Origin: a virus
Virus record (IMG/VR): IMGVR_UViG_3300036944_000508
Span: 6,896 to 70,895 of that record
DNA length: 64,000 nucleotides
Strand: one strand, 5' to 3'
The translations under genes were made by a program, and so were the position numbers. Of the stretch, positions 34,600 to 44,762 are shown one piece after another (positions within the stretch are counted from its first letter, which is position 1; each line of letters starts with the position of its first letter). The notes under the pieces are model-generated. The model did not search any database and had not been told where the DNA came from. It saw only the letters and a program-made list of their open reading frames with translations.

Positions 34600-35520
34600 T
34601 TAGATTTCCTTATAGATCTGTTGTTTCATATTATTTATTCGTTCTGAAATCTTGGGATCAATTATAATACGATTGTTGTTATAGATTCCCGCATATTTCT
34701 TTATTGGATCTCGAAATCGATGTTCGAATGTCCATCCATCACCCGTCATTTCTTCGTAATATTTTTTAATAGTTTCAAACCCATTGTATTTTTGCTCTTG
34801 AGGTATTACATCATACCCCATAGTTTTATACCCTTTAATCTTATTTTGATACATATACTCTTTATCGATACTAATGATAAATGGTGTGAATATTGTTGCC
34901 ATCAAAGAAAGTCTCCAATCCTGCAACCAGAAACTGCCTATAATTGGAAAGTTTATTTCTTGAGAATATTTACACCAGTCAGTTTCCTCTTTAGTAGGAG
35001 TATACCATCCTCCTCTTGCATATTGCATTAAATTATTGCCACCAAAAATTGCAGAAGTATATCCTAAATCTTTTAACACACCAGCAAGTTGTAAGTGCAC
35101 TGCAAATTGTGGACTTGAAATTTTATACTTAGTAGCAAAATCATATAACTGGTTGTTTAAAAACCGTATAACATCGAAGTCGATCAATCGTGGAGTTATA
35201 TTTCTACTCTCACAAAATTTTATAGCATGACTGACATCATGTATATTATGGTCATCAAGAAAATTAAATATTACAACTTCAGGTGTAACTCCTGCATACA
35301 GAAAAGTATCAACCACAGTTTGACTATCTATTCCGCCACTAAGACACACAGCAGGTCGATTACCAATTGAAGAAGGTAAGTTTGTAACTGCGAGTTTACA
35401 ATTCTCTTCTAATGTTGCTGAGTTAGCAATGTCCAGCATTTCTTCTGTGATTTTTACATTCCAGAACATATCGGTATCTGTAAATGAAACAGAGATCCAA
35501 TCATCTAGAGTACCATGCAT
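34600..35520 (-). CDS. PP-loop (N-type) ATP pyrophosphatase, asparagine-synthetase / lasso-cyclase-like
   Basis: VCLSGGIDS; C-terminal KYNGFE; no glutaminase domain. Confidence 0.7.
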   Translation of the reverse strand: MHGTLDDWISVSFTDTDMFWNVKITEEMLDIANSATLEENCKLAVTNLPSSIGNRPAVCLSGGIDSQTVVDTFLYAGVTPEVVIFNFLDDHNIHDVSHAIKFCESRNITPRLIDFDVIRFLNNQLYDFATKYKISSPQFAVHLQLAGVLKDLGYTSAIFGGNNLMQYARGGWYTPTKEETDWCKYSQEINFPIIGSFWLQDWRLSLMATIFTPFIISIDKEYMYQNKIKGYKTMGYDVIPQEQKYNGFETIKKYYEEMTGDGWTFEHRFRDPIKKYAGIYNNNRIIIDPKISERINNMKQQIYKEI

Positions 35521-36065
35521 TATTCAACTCGCCATGATTTTGTATTCAGTTTAATATTAGTTGGCCAATCACCCTCGGTAAATGACTTGTCGTGGAACCG
35601 TAGTTCATTTGTTGGCATGATACACAGTCTGCCGTTGTCTAGTTCTATAAACATAAACTCTTTAGATTGCGATGGATGCATACTGTAACCATCGTTCATA
35701 GGAATAGCAGTAAACAGATAGCGACCAAACTCTCCAGTGCTGCGTATCTCTGCTCGCTGAGTGTTTAGATAATCATAACTGACAACTGAGAATTGATCAC
35801 CATAACAATCCCATACCTGTGTATCATCAAGTCTCCAAAATGGTTCTGGTTCTGCAGAAAATGCCAGAGCATGCGGAGGAACGCCACGGTAGACTGCACC
35901 ACATTCCAACATCACATGGCACCCCCATGAATGTCCAGGTTTTGAATGTAACGCAAACCAGATACATGGTTCAAAGGTATATGGTTCTACATCTTTACGA
36001 ATGAACGATGAGTCCACCCAGCAGTAGATGTGATTCGGAATGTTTCCTGATCCAGTATAAAGCAT
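35520..36065 (-). CDS. conserved phage hypothetical protein
   Basis: GAVYRGVP..A, WDCYG, YLFT, LDNG...PTN motifs. Confidence 0.65.
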   Translation of the reverse strand: MLYTGSGNIPNHIYCWVDSSFIRKDVEPYTFEPCIWFALHSKPGHSWGCHVMLECGAVYRGVPPHALAFSAEPEPFWRLDDTQVWDCYGDQFSVVSYDYLNTQRAEIRSTGEFGRYLFTAIPMNDGYSMHPSQSKEFMFIELDNGRLCIMPTNELRFHDKSFTEGDWPTNIKLNTKSWRVE

Positions 36066-36343
36066 TACTCGACTTCGAAGACCTTGACTGTCTGGAACTG
36101 TGCCTTGCTCACAAAACCAATACCCAGCAGAGTATCTATGCGGTCAGTTGCATCGGAATAATTTGCATACCTACCATCATCGAACCACCACCAGCGGTCG
36201 AGACCCAGAAACCAACGAGGTTGGCGGCGATACTCTACCAACCACATGTCGTCTGTTCGATGGATGCGTAACTTTGTAATCTTAATATGGTCAAACTCTA
36301 TACCATATTCATTAGCGACCAATTCGCTCATATCTTTCTCCAC
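36065..36343 (-). CDS. hypothetical protein
   Basis: Coupled ORF. Confidence 0.55.
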   Translation of the reverse strand: MEKDMSELVANEYGIEFDHIKITKLRIHRTDDMWLVEYRRQPRWFLGLDRWWWFDDGRYANYSDATDRIDTLLGIGFVSKAQFQTVKVFEVE

Positions 36344-37362
36344 ATGGCATACTTTGCCTTTGCTGCTAGTCCTTGAAACTTATTATGATTTATAATATCT
36401 TGAATTTCCTCGGAAGTCAATCCATTTTCAACCATTTCATTAATATCTTTTCCTGGAACATCTGGCCAGATTACGATTCTGTATCCCTGATCAATATACT
36501 TATTCATCAACTTACCGACATCTCTGTTCTTAGGTTGGTTGTCGAAAATAATTGTTATTTTATCTTTTGCGATCGGGAGTTGATCAATCTTTCCGAATGA
36601 GGTTCCAGCACAAGCAATAGAATTATGCAGAAAAAGGGAGTCAAGAGGCCCTTCGACGACGAATACTTCTTGTGTAGGATCGACCTTATCCAATCCAAAA
36701 ATCGATGGCGCATCTTCATCTACCTTAATGTTAATATAACGAAGTGACTCGCCTCTGATTCCGCGAAGGCTAACAACAAGGAGTTTGCCATTGCCATCCA
36801 GAAAAGGTATCGCGAGTCTCGGTTCAGACGTAATGATCGAGTTTTTATATTTGTCATTAAGTTGTATGATATCTTTAACATTAGATATGAAATACAACCT
36901 ATCAAAAGCATCGCGAGGGATCCTGCGGTCAGTAACATATTTAATCACCTCATGGTCATCTGGTAGTGTATCGAGACGATCCATAATCGAGTCGATAAGT
37001 TTTGGTTCAGGTTTCTTTGTAAACTTTGGTTCTTCAAACTTGAGAATCGTTTCAACATTCTTATGTGCATTAGCACGACCATGTCCACCATCAGCATATC
37101 GTTCGACGACATACTGACTGTATTGGTTAGGGTCGAAGTTCTTCAGAAAGGTTCCGAAGTGATGACTTGCACCACACTTATGGCACTTATAATACAGATC
37201 CTGTTTACCACGATAGAAATAACCACGAGATCTTTTTTTGTTACGTTGTGAGTCACCACAGAGAGGACATCTGCAGTTGAATAGATCTTGAGATTTTTTC
37301 TTGAAGTTCTCGAGACGATGCGCGATCGTATTCAGATACTTGATGTCAATATATAAACTCAT
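36328..37362 (-). CDS. 61: DNA primase (T4 gp61)
   Basis: CPLCGDS Zn finger, EGPLDSLF, DNQP.N, KDINEM Toprim. Confidence 0.96.
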   Translation of the reverse strand: MSLYIDIKYLNTIAHRLENFKKKSQDLFNCRCPLCGDSQRNKKRSRGYFYRGKQDLYYKCHKCGASHHFGTFLKNFDPNQYSQYVVERYADGGHGRANAHKNVETILKFEEPKFTKKPEPKLIDSIMDRLDTLPDDHEVIKYVTDRRIPRDAFDRLYFISNVKDIIQLNDKYKNSIITSEPRLAIPFLDGNGKLLVVSLRGIRGESLRYINIKVDEDAPSIFGLDKVDPTQEVFVVEGPLDSLFLHNSIACAGTSFGKIDQLPIAKDKITIIFDNQPKNRDVGKLMNKYIDQGYRIVIWPDVPGKDINEMVENGLTSEEIQDIINHNKFQGLAAKAKYAMWRKI

Positions 37363-37368
37363 AATATA

Positions 37369-37397
37369 GTTATACCCGATTTCATCGGAGAAGTAAA
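37369..37397 (-). promoter_or_regulatory. promoter for primase
   Basis: TTTACT-N17-TATAAC. Confidence 0.55.
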
Positions 37398-37402
37398 GGC
37401 TT

Positions 37403-37870
37403 TTATTGAATAAATTTCATAAGCATTGGAAGTATCTTGGTAATGATAGCACCGATAACGATACCACCACCAATCATAATATACTTGGTTTTTTCCAATT
37501 TGTCAATACGTTTTTTATGTTTTTCTTCTTCTTTATCAACTGAACCTTTAAGTTCTCTGATAGCAGCAAGCATCTTGTCTTCGGTAGACTGAATTTTTGC
37601 CTCAAGTTCACGTGTGGTTGTTGTGATACGCGAGTGTAACTCAGCGTTACTTTCCTTGGTTTCTTGTCTGTGCACTTCTAGACTCCGATAGATATCTTCG
37701 TTGACAGTTTCTTGTGTCTCGAGTTTAGTGTCGTGAACAGCGAGCATCTTGTTGATGCAGTTGGAAACATCACCAATCTTTTCGATGGCGAGGTCGAGAC
37801 GACTGAACACGACCTGAATTTGCTTCAGATCGTGTTCGATTACCGCGACTTTTGTTTCCAAAGATTCCAA
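37403..37870 (-). CDS. coiled-coil protein with C-terminal TM (lysis-associated candidate)
   Basis: Heptad pattern, IMIGGGIVIGAII TM; follows the endolysin. Confidence 0.55.
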   Translation of the reverse strand: MESLETKVAVIEHDLKQIQVVFSRLDLAIEKIGDVSNCINKMLAVHDTKLETQETVNEDIYRSLEVHRQETKESNAELHSRITTTTRELEAKIQSTEDKMLAAIRELKGSVDKEEEKHKKRIDKLEKTKYIMIGGGIVIGAIITKILPMLMKFIQ

Positions 37871-38041
37871 TTACTTCGCCTTTGGTTTACGTACTTTTTT
37901 GACAACTGCCTTGACTTCTTCAAACTTGTCTTCTGCCTTGTCAACTGCTGCAGTGATCTCAGCAAGATCGACCTTGCCATCCTTGTTAGTGTCAACAAAA
38001 CCGAAAAGTTTCTTTAGTGCGTCTTTGATTTGATTAAGCAT
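37871..38041 (-). CDS. small EF-hand-like protein
   Basis: DTNKDGKVDLAE canonical 12-residue loop. Confidence 0.65.
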   Translation of the reverse strand: MLNQIKDALKKLFGFVDTNKDGKVDLAEITAAVDKAEDKFEEVKAVVKKVRKPKAK

Positions 38042-38045
38042 ATTT

Positions 38046-39221
38046 TTATCCCCATGCTGCGAATTGTTTAGTTTTCTTAATGCGATCATCTAGACCATGC
38101 GTTCCACCATTTACACGACGAGTAATCTGACCAATAACTGCATCAGATACACCCTTAGCAGCGATTGCGAACAGACCGTTCTTGTTAAAGAACCATAGTG
38201 CTGACTCGAATGCGAGTTCGGTTGCAACGATGTCAGGATTTGTTAGAACATCAGGACGACCGATGTCTTGAGCGAATTGAGTGTAGTTGCTCTTGCCAGT
38301 TAACTGGATTGGTCCACGACCACGGAACTTATACCCATCACCCGATGACTCTGGTCCATTGCCCATACGATTAGCATAGACCTTGTTAGCAATCTTCTCT
38401 GGTTTACGAGCATACCCTGCAGTCGATGCGATTGTTGGGAAATACTTCTTGAAGATACCATTCAGACCCTTGTCTGAGTAGTTCAGATTCTCAGAGAACA
38501 CCTTGAAACCACCCGACTCGTGAGCGCACTGTCCGAAGAAGTGTGCTGCTTGTGCAGTCGATAGTTTGAAGTAATCTCTCGCTGCCTTGAATGTTCCTGG
38601 ACCCCACTTACCGTCAGCAGAGACACCACATTTTGCTTGCAGTGATTGCATTGGTCCGAGACCAGCAACAGTTGGTGCTTGGACTGCTGCCTTAGCAACC
38701 TGCGCGACTGCTTCTACAACAGGTGCACCTGCTTCTTTGGTTGTGCTTGGATCGAAGTCTTTGACTTGTGTATACTTTGTTCCACCTGCCTTAGACTTGG
38801 TAGCGACCATACGCATCTTACGATTGCCGCCTTCCTTCTTAATTGAAGCATGAACCCAACCCGAGTTCTTGTCGCCTGAAGAATAGAATTCTAGAATGAC
38901 TTGGTCAAATTCTAGATTGTCAGCAACCCAGTCAGCAACCTTCTTATTGTCTACACCCTTTACTTCAAAGTCAATCGCTTGACCATTAACGTGCTGTGAT
39001 GTTTTCGAACCACCAACTGCCTTATTGACAAGTGGTGCACGATACGAGGAGTTGATTGTTACTGGACCAAACTTAGCGCGAACAGGTTCAAGAATCTTTT
39101 CACAGCAGTACCGCATGTTCTCAATGTGAGCAGCAGTTGGTGTGTTAGGAATACCAAGACGCTTTGCGGTTGGCGATACAATCATTTCTCCGAGAGTAAA
39201 ATGTTCAGTTAGTTGTGTCAT
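38046..39221 (-). CDS. Endolysin: peptidase M15A plus GH19 domain
   Basis: SSYR...N.AVGGS.TSQH..G.A.D...WVH; HESGGF..ENLNYS, RGRG.IQLTG..NY, NGGTHGL.DR. Confidence 0.92.
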   Translation of the reverse strand: MTQLTEHFTLGEMIVSPTAKRLGIPNTPTAAHIENMRYCCEKILEPVRAKFGPVTINSSYRAPLVNKAVGGSKTSQHVNGQAIDFEVKGVDNKKVADWVADNLEFDQVILEFYSSGDKNSGWVHASIKKEGGNRKMRMVATKSKAGGTKYTQVKDFDPSTTKEAGAPVVEAVAQVAKAAVQAPTVAGLGPMQSLQAKCGVSADGKWGPGTFKAARDYFKLSTAQAAHFFGQCAHESGGFKVFSENLNYSDKGLNGIFKKYFPTIASTAGYARKPEKIANKVYANRMGNGPESSGDGYKFRGRGPIQLTGKSNYTQFAQDIGRPDVLTNPDIVATELAFESALWFFNKNGLFAIAAKGVSDAVIGQITRRVNGGTHGLDDRIKKTKQFAAWG

Positions 39222-39231
39222 TATCTACTCC

Positions 39232-39687
39232 TTAGAATGGACCGAAGTCGTCGTCGCTGTCTTTATACTTATCGACTGCTGCCATCAGTTTGATTTCAGT
39301 GTCTGCTTCGATAGACTCTGCTTTAGCATGCTCGGTATGTGATTCTGCGATATGCTTATAGTCAGTCTTGCCCATTTCTTGGACCTTGACATTCGGATCG
39401 AACTCAGAAACTTTCATGTTCATCATGGTAGCAAATGCACCAACGAACGCACCAACAATCATTGAGAATGCTGGACCAATAATCTTGAAGATTTCATTGT
39501 TATCGATCATTGCATTTGGCATAAACAATCCGATCAACATCATGATCACAACTGAAAGCATGATAGATCCCAGCGTAATTGCTGCCATCTTCATGATCAT
39601 GATCTGGACTTTGCCCTTTTCGATCTCTAGTTTTTCTAGAGAGTCGATACTGTTCGATACCTTTACGAAATCCAATATACCCTTCAT
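39232..39687 (-). CDS. two-TM membrane protein (holin candidate)
   Basis: Two TMs, immediately upstream of the endolysin. Confidence 0.5.
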   Translation of the reverse strand: MKGILDFVKVSNSIDSLEKLEIEKGKVQIMIMKMAAITLGSIMLSVVIMMLIGLFMPNAMIDNNEIFKIIGPAFSMIVGAFVGAFATMMNMKVSEFDPNVKVQEMGKTDYKHIAESHTEHAKAESIEADTEIKLMAAVDKYKDSDDDFGPF

Positions 39688-39688
39688 G

Positions 39689-40372
39689 TTACTTCCTTCT
39701 AATCAATATAGGAGAACTTGTTGTGTTCTTCTTTTTATATTTTTTCTGTTGACTCTTGGTAATTCCAGGTTCTGCTTGGTTTGCTTTTGTTGGATTCGGG
39801 ATACCAATCCCAGCAACTCCACCACCAGCAACGCCCATTTCTTCGTTGGCAAGTTTAGCAGCGATTGCCATCTGGCGACGCTTCTCTTTGCTCTTACCCT
39901 TAAACTGAGGAGCATCTGACTTTTTAAAGTCAGTGATGACATCGCCCATTGACGCAGACTTCATGTTAATCTTTTCTTCAAGAAATCCCTTGAACGAAAG
40001 CATCTTACCTGATTCTAATTCTTCTGCCAATTCCTTGACATCTTGACGTTCTTGTGTCATGTAAAAAACTTCCTCCAATATTTCATCATCATATTCGATA
40101 CCTTCTCGTACCAGAGCAACTGCTGTGGCGAACGAGAGGAAGTTCTTATTGTCCATAGGAACCTTCTCGATGATTCGTTTTAATCTAAATACCATTCTAT
40201 GAAGCAGACTATATGCCTCTTGTTCTTCAGTAGTATTTAGTTCATTCTCTTTCTTCAATCGATTACCATGCTTATCGATCAATCCTAGACGAAATGCATC
40301 CTGTTGATCGAAAGGTGTAGTCAACAACCTTAGAATACGATATGTTATCAGTGCATCTACAAATCTAGACAT
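39689..40372 (-). CDS. conserved T4-like late protein
   Basis: YRILRLL.TPF...AF.LG.ID..G motif; internal MLSFKGFLEE. Confidence 0.65.
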   Translation of the reverse strand: MSRFVDALITYRILRLLTTPFDQQDAFRLGLIDKHGNRLKKENELNTTEEQEAYSLLHRMVFRLKRIIEKVPMDNKNFLSFATAVALVREGIEYDDEILEEVFYMTQERQDVKELAEELESGKMLSFKGFLEEKINMKSASMGDVITDFKKSDAPQFKGKSKEKRRQMAIAAKLANEEMGVAGGGVAGIGIPNPTKANQAEPGITKSQQKKYKKKNTTSSPILIRRK

Positions 40373-40727
40373 TAAGTTCTCTTAACCTTGTTACTATATT
40401 CTGGTCTAAATTGACTTCAACCATAGAACTGCTCGTCATTCTGTTAAGAAACACGAGGAATGTTTTCAAGTAGTGCCAATATCTCTCTTCTATTTTATAG
40501 AACAGCATGTTAGTTGTCGCATTACCAAACACATTATATAAAACAATTATATGATTCAGTATTAATCGTTCATTTAAAACATCAGTATTTTCATACCGTT
40601 TAAACAACCGCTTTATGTATTTAAATCTTTTTAAATCTTCTTCCAAATCAGGCATCCCATTACAACTGGGATTGTCATAATTTTTAATGGCATAAATCAA
40701 GAAGGTATCATTATTTAGTTCAACCAT
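40365..40727 (-). CDS. conserved T4-like late protein
   Basis: YDNP.C....EDLKRFKYIKRL...LILNHII.LYNVFG. Confidence 0.75.
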   Translation of the reverse strand: MVELNNDTFLIYAIKNYDNPSCNGMPDLEEDLKRFKYIKRLFKRYENTDVLNERLILNHIIVLYNVFGNATTNMLFYKIEERYWHYLKTFLVFLNRMTSSSMVEVNLDQNIVTRLRELNV

Positions 40728-40728
40728 G

Positions 40729-41181
40729 TTATGTAACTGTCGCCGTTCCCCCGAGGAAATACCAATTTCCTGATAAGAAAATTAAATTGGCAGTATCACC
40801 TATCGAATTAAAAACAATAGAAGTATGACCAATATTAGAATTGATTGTCAATGCATGATTAGCATTATTGCTTACCATTATGATAACTTTAATCTGTCCA
40901 TCCACACCATCAGCAATAGTTAAAGTTCCTGCACCATCAGGCGAAGTAATCTTCGTTACCAGTGAAGCGATACTGATGGCGCCAGCAGAAGTTAATGTCT
41001 GCACAGCGCCACCAAGAATCAAATCATCTTGCAAAACTACTGGGACTGCAATGCCACCAAATAAATTGGCAACAGTAACCTTATGATCATATGGACTTGT
41101 CGCTGGTTTCACGAGATACAGGACATCGGTTCCTAAAACCGATGTCGCTGCAGTCATGGCGGTTACTTTACTGTCTGCCAT
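40729..41181 (-). CDS. virion structural protein
   Basis: MADSKVT fibre-type N-terminus, beta-rich. Confidence 0.6.
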   Translation of the reverse strand: MADSKVTAMTAATSVLGTDVLYLVKPATSPYDHKVTVANLFGGIAVPVVLQDDLILGGAVQTLTSAGAISIASLVTKITSPDGAGTLTIADGVDGQIKVIIMVSNNANHALTINSNIGHTSIVFNSIGDTANLIFLSGNWYFLGGTATVT

Positions 41182-41192
41182 TGTTTAATGCC

Positions 41193-42728
41193 TTATGCGT
41201 CTGGGAATTCAATATCATCAGCAGCATCGCTAGATGCAATCGCATTCTTAGAGAGTGCTACAAGAACTTCATACTTCACACGACCAGCATGAGCACCAGT
41301 TCCAACTGTGCGCTGCACCCAACCAGAGTGAGGAGCAGAAGTACCAGTTTCACCAGTACCCTTAGCAGCAACCGCAGTTGCAGTTGTCGCTGTCATAAGA
41401 TCGAAATACTGAGCATTGTTTCCAGTGCCAGTTAGATTAAGTCGACCAGTCGATATGAATGTCTGCGAGTTGTTACCTGTGCCAGTAATATCGATAGCAG
41501 CGCCACCCGAAGTCAATGCTAGTTGGAAAGTATCGGTAGTCTTATTGACAACAAAGTAATCATTGCCCGAAGTCAAACCAGTAATACTCGTACCACCTTG
41601 GTTGTTGTAGTTAAGTTCTGCACCATTAACTAGTCCATGGGCAGTTGAAGTAATAAAATTAGTAGTTGTGTTAACATCAGCAGTAGCAATAGTCATATTA
41701 GCAACAGCAGTGGCACCACGAGCGGCAGTGTTATACAGGATGAAAGCACTTGAATTTACTTGTCCTGGATAGTAAGATGTTCCGTTTGTCAAACCAGCAA
41801 GTTCAGTACCACCATTATGATAATACTTGATTTCTTCGCCAGCAGTTAATCCGTGGTTTGCATAAGTGATTGCTTCTGTTGTAGTATTAACGCCAGATGT
41901 AGGAATAGTTCTACGTGGAACCGAAAGGTTCACAGTAGGAACAGTCTCATATGACGAACCAGTATTTGTTACAGCGATTGCAGTAACTACGCCACCTGAA
42001 ATAGTTGCAGTTGCCGCAGCAGAAGAACCTCCACCACCAGAGAATCCTACGGCAGGAACTTCGAGGTAACGTGTGCCACCTTGAATTAGTGCAACCGAGG
42101 CAACATTGTCACCACCAGCAGCGATTTCAGTATTGTCAACACCAAAGACTTGAGTTGATTGGAAATCTGTTGTCGAAACCGAAGCGATTGATGTTGGTTT
42201 TTCACTGATTGTATATTCTTGAGCAGAGAATACAGTAAGAACTGTTCCTGGATTCGCATTAATTACTGTTGCAACTGTGTCGCTGGCAACAGCAATAGCA
42301 ATCATTTCCTGATTACCAACACGAACAACATCACCAACTGCAAGAGCAGGATCGAAGTTAGTTCCGTCACCTGTTAGAGTAGCACGACCGTAATCTAGAC
42401 TTAGTGTGAAGGTATGTGAAGCACCAACACCATCAGTCGAAGCGACAATGGTTGGAACATTGTGAAGTGCATTTGCTTCTGTTGTTGCAACACTGAAAGT
42501 ATTTGCTGTTACGTTAGTTACAAAGTAAGTGGTACCAGATGTTAGACCAACAACAGAGGTTCCTCCGCCGTTTGCATATGCAACAGGATCACCAAGTTGG
42601 AATGGATGTGCAGCAGAAGTATACACGCCAGCGGCATGACCTGTAGCAGCGTTGAATGTGATAGCAGGTGCAGTAAGAGTTACCGTTCCTGCCGATGTTT
42701 TATCGTCTTTATTACCCCATGCGGACAT
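41193..42728 (-). CDS. virion structural / fibre protein with three FCCH-like beta repeats
   Basis: MSAWG start, (A/N)H(P/G)x..G..(V/I/L).Y...GGT...GLT.G..Y repeats, HSGWV...GRVKYEVLVA end. Confidence 0.7.
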   Translation of the reverse strand: MSAWGNKDDKTSAGTVTLTAPAITFNAATGHAAGVYTSAAHPFQLGDPVAYANGGGTSVVGLTSGTTYFVTNVTANTFSVATTEANALHNVPTIVASTDGVGASHTFTLSLDYGRATLTGDGTNFDPALAVGDVVRVGNQEMIAIAVASDTVATVINANPGTVLTVFSAQEYTISEKPTSIASVSTTDFQSTQVFGVDNTEIAAGGDNVASVALIQGGTRYLEVPAVGFSGGGGSSAAATATISGGVVTAIAVTNTGSSYETVPTVNLSVPRRTIPTSGVNTTTEAITYANHGLTAGEEIKYYHNGGTELAGLTNGTSYYPGQVNSSAFILYNTAARGATAVANMTIATADVNTTTNFITSTAHGLVNGAELNYNNQGGTSITGLTSGNDYFVVNKTTDTFQLALTSGGAAIDITGTGNNSQTFISTGRLNLTGTGNNAQYFDLMTATTATAVAAKGTGETGTSAPHSGWVQRTVGTGAHAGRVKYEVLVALSKNAIASSDAADDIEFPDA

Positions 42729-44290
42729 TAATTGTCTCCCTTTTTAAATTCTAGGTCTACGTGATTGAAAAATTCTTTTCTTTTCGATTCATCAAGTTCC
42801 GAGGGAGACTTGATACCATATTCATTTAGAGCAGTTTCAAATGCAGTCTTATATGACTCGTTCATTTTCTTTACTGCATCAATATCTTCTTTAGTCAGTT
42901 TATTAACTGCCATTGAAATACCCTTGTGGCGCTTCGTGAGTTTTTTCTCTAGCGGATTATTTGATTTATATGGAGTCGATGAAGAAATCGCTGTTCCATC
43001 TTTTATACCGCTTCTATATGATGTCATGTCAATGGAGTCTTTTGCTTTATTTATGTAGCGACCTGCCATTGCTTTTGAGATCTCATCGACCTGTTCAGCA
43101 TCTTCTTTGGTTAGTTTATTGACTGCAGTTTTGATTCCTGTCTCACGATTCTTACGGAGACGCTCTGCTTTATCATAAGTTGCTTGGTTGAATCTCTTAC
43201 CGAAGTGTCCTGTTTCACTGTCGCCTTGGTACGCAGCGATCTTTGTCAAAGGAACATTCTTTGGACTCATTACATTCTTTGGTTGTTCAGCACCCGATGC
43301 CTTCTTGACATAAGAACCCATTGTTGCTTTTGATAGTTCATCGACCTGCTCAACATCTTCCTTGGCAAGTTTCGTTTGAACCTGCTTAGATGCTGCCATG
43401 TAACCCTTTGCTCTTTTATTATACATACGGTTATCGTCATTGTCATCAGCATCAATAATATCTTTACGTGCTTTTGATCTGTATTGGTCCAACTTATCTA
43501 CTGAAAGTTCATCAACCTGTTCGATTTCTTCGTTCTTCTGCTTGTTCATTGCCTTCTTAGCAAGAAACTTAGGAACATTCTTTACCGTGTTACCATACTT
43601 GTCTTTGCGCTCGCCAACTTTTCTATATGGACCTTCGAATGGCATGTCCATTTCTTCAGTCATCTCGCCTTGCATGTAGTTGCTTGCAGTTGTAATGTAA
43701 TCTTCTGCCAAAGTAATCTTCGACTGCACCCATTCAGGTAGATTAGTATCTTCGCTCATCGAATCATGCATACGTTGCGAGTTAGCAATGATTGACTTTA
43801 GTTGGGACATAGCCATGTCACCTTCGTAGTCATACTCTGTCTTTTCTTTTGCTTCATCGAGCATTGACTTACCAAGTTTCTTACGAACTGCTTTTGAAAG
43901 TTTTGATGGATCAACACCGAAGTCCTTGGCAGCAGACATAACATGACTCTTACGAATGTTATCACCATAACGTTTGGTCAGGTGAGCAACGATAGGAGCA
44001 TTTTCGTCGAGTTCAGTTTCTTCAGTAGCATAACCCTTAGCACCAGCACGTGCCTTATTGAATACAGTGTCATCACCGAGAACAATGAACATCATCGAAC
44101 TGATGAACATGTTCATTACATCACGCTCGGCACCCTGAAGTGACATACCAGCATGCATTCTAGAAATGGCACGCTTTAGAAGTGGCAACGAACTTGTTGG
44201 CATTAGACCAGCGCGAACTAACTGGTCAAGTCTACCGTCCATGTCCATCGCTTCAGTCATAGTTGACCTGATAGTTTGCTCTAATCTCAT
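42728..44290 (-). CDS. putative internal head protein with repeated protease-site-like motifs
   Basis: EQVDELS x2, EQVDEIS; late promoter upstream. Confidence 0.55.
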   Translation of the reverse strand: MRLEQTIRSTMTEAMDMDGRLDQLVRAGLMPTSSLPLLKRAISRMHAGMSLQGAERDVMNMFISSMMFIVLGDDTVFNKARAGAKGYATEETELDENAPIVAHLTKRYGDNIRKSHVMSAAKDFGVDPSKLSKAVRKKLGKSMLDEAKEKTEYDYEGDMAMSQLKSIIANSQRMHDSMSEDTNLPEWVQSKITLAEDYITTASNYMQGEMTEEMDMPFEGPYRKVGERKDKYGNTVKNVPKFLAKKAMNKQKNEEIEQVDELSVDKLDQYRSKARKDIIDADDNDDNRMYNKRAKGYMAASKQVQTKLAKEDVEQVDELSKATMGSYVKKASGAEQPKNVMSPKNVPLTKIAAYQGDSETGHFGKRFNQATYDKAERLRKNRETGIKTAVNKLTKEDAEQVDEISKAMAGRYINKAKDSIDMTSYRSGIKDGTAISSSTPYKSNNPLEKKLTKRHKGISMAVNKLTKEDIDAVKKMNESYKTAFETALNEYGIKSPSELDESKRKEFFNHVDLEFKKGDN

Positions 44291-44315
44291 TAAATGATTC
44301 CTCTAATCTTTTATC

Positions 44316-44323
44316 TATTTATA
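44316..44323 (-). promoter_or_regulatory. T4-type late promoter
   Basis: TATAAATA. Confidence 0.7.
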
Positions 44324-44761
44324 TTACTTTGAGGTTGCGCGAAGCATCCACATGTGCTTTGCATGAACGTCAAGTCTTTCCTCGATAAGATTAACTAGAC
44401 CTCTGTTGCCTGCTGCATCTGCCAATTTATGTGCAGCATTCAATGCTTCTACTACTGATACGTTTGCTTCAATTAAGTCTTGAAGCATCGACGGTACACT
44501 GTTACCATAGATTGATGAATCTTTAATTGTTGCAATACTAGATAGGGTGTCGAAACCATATGGAGCATATACATCTAATGCACGAATTTCTTCAGCAATC
44601 TGATCAGCAGCAGCAAATAATTCTTGATAGAGATTAGAAAAGAAGTCATGCAACTGAGAGAAGTCTTTACCCTCAACGTTCCAGTGGTGACCATGCGCTT
44701 TGAAATACATCGCAAAAGTATTTGCGAGTACTATCTTCATTGTTGTGCTTAGTTCTTCCAT
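44324..44761 (-). CDS. dps: Dps family ferritin-like protein
   Basis: K.H..HWNV.G..F.QLH......Y......D..AE; K..WML. Confidence 0.93.
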   Translation of the reverse strand: MEELSTTMKIVLANTFAMYFKAHGHHWNVEGKDFSQLHDFFSNLYQELFAAADQIAEEIRALDVYAPYGFDTLSSIATIKDSSIYGNSVPSMLQDLIEANVSVVEALNAAHKLADAAGNRGLVNLIEERLDVHAKHMWMLRATSK

Positions 44762-44762
44762 G

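Noticed and set aside
35515-36075. Similar gene junctions GT(C/T)GA(G/A)TAATGC flanking the 181 aa gene
   Set aside because: Mostly explained by the common TAATG coupling; too short to call a duplication
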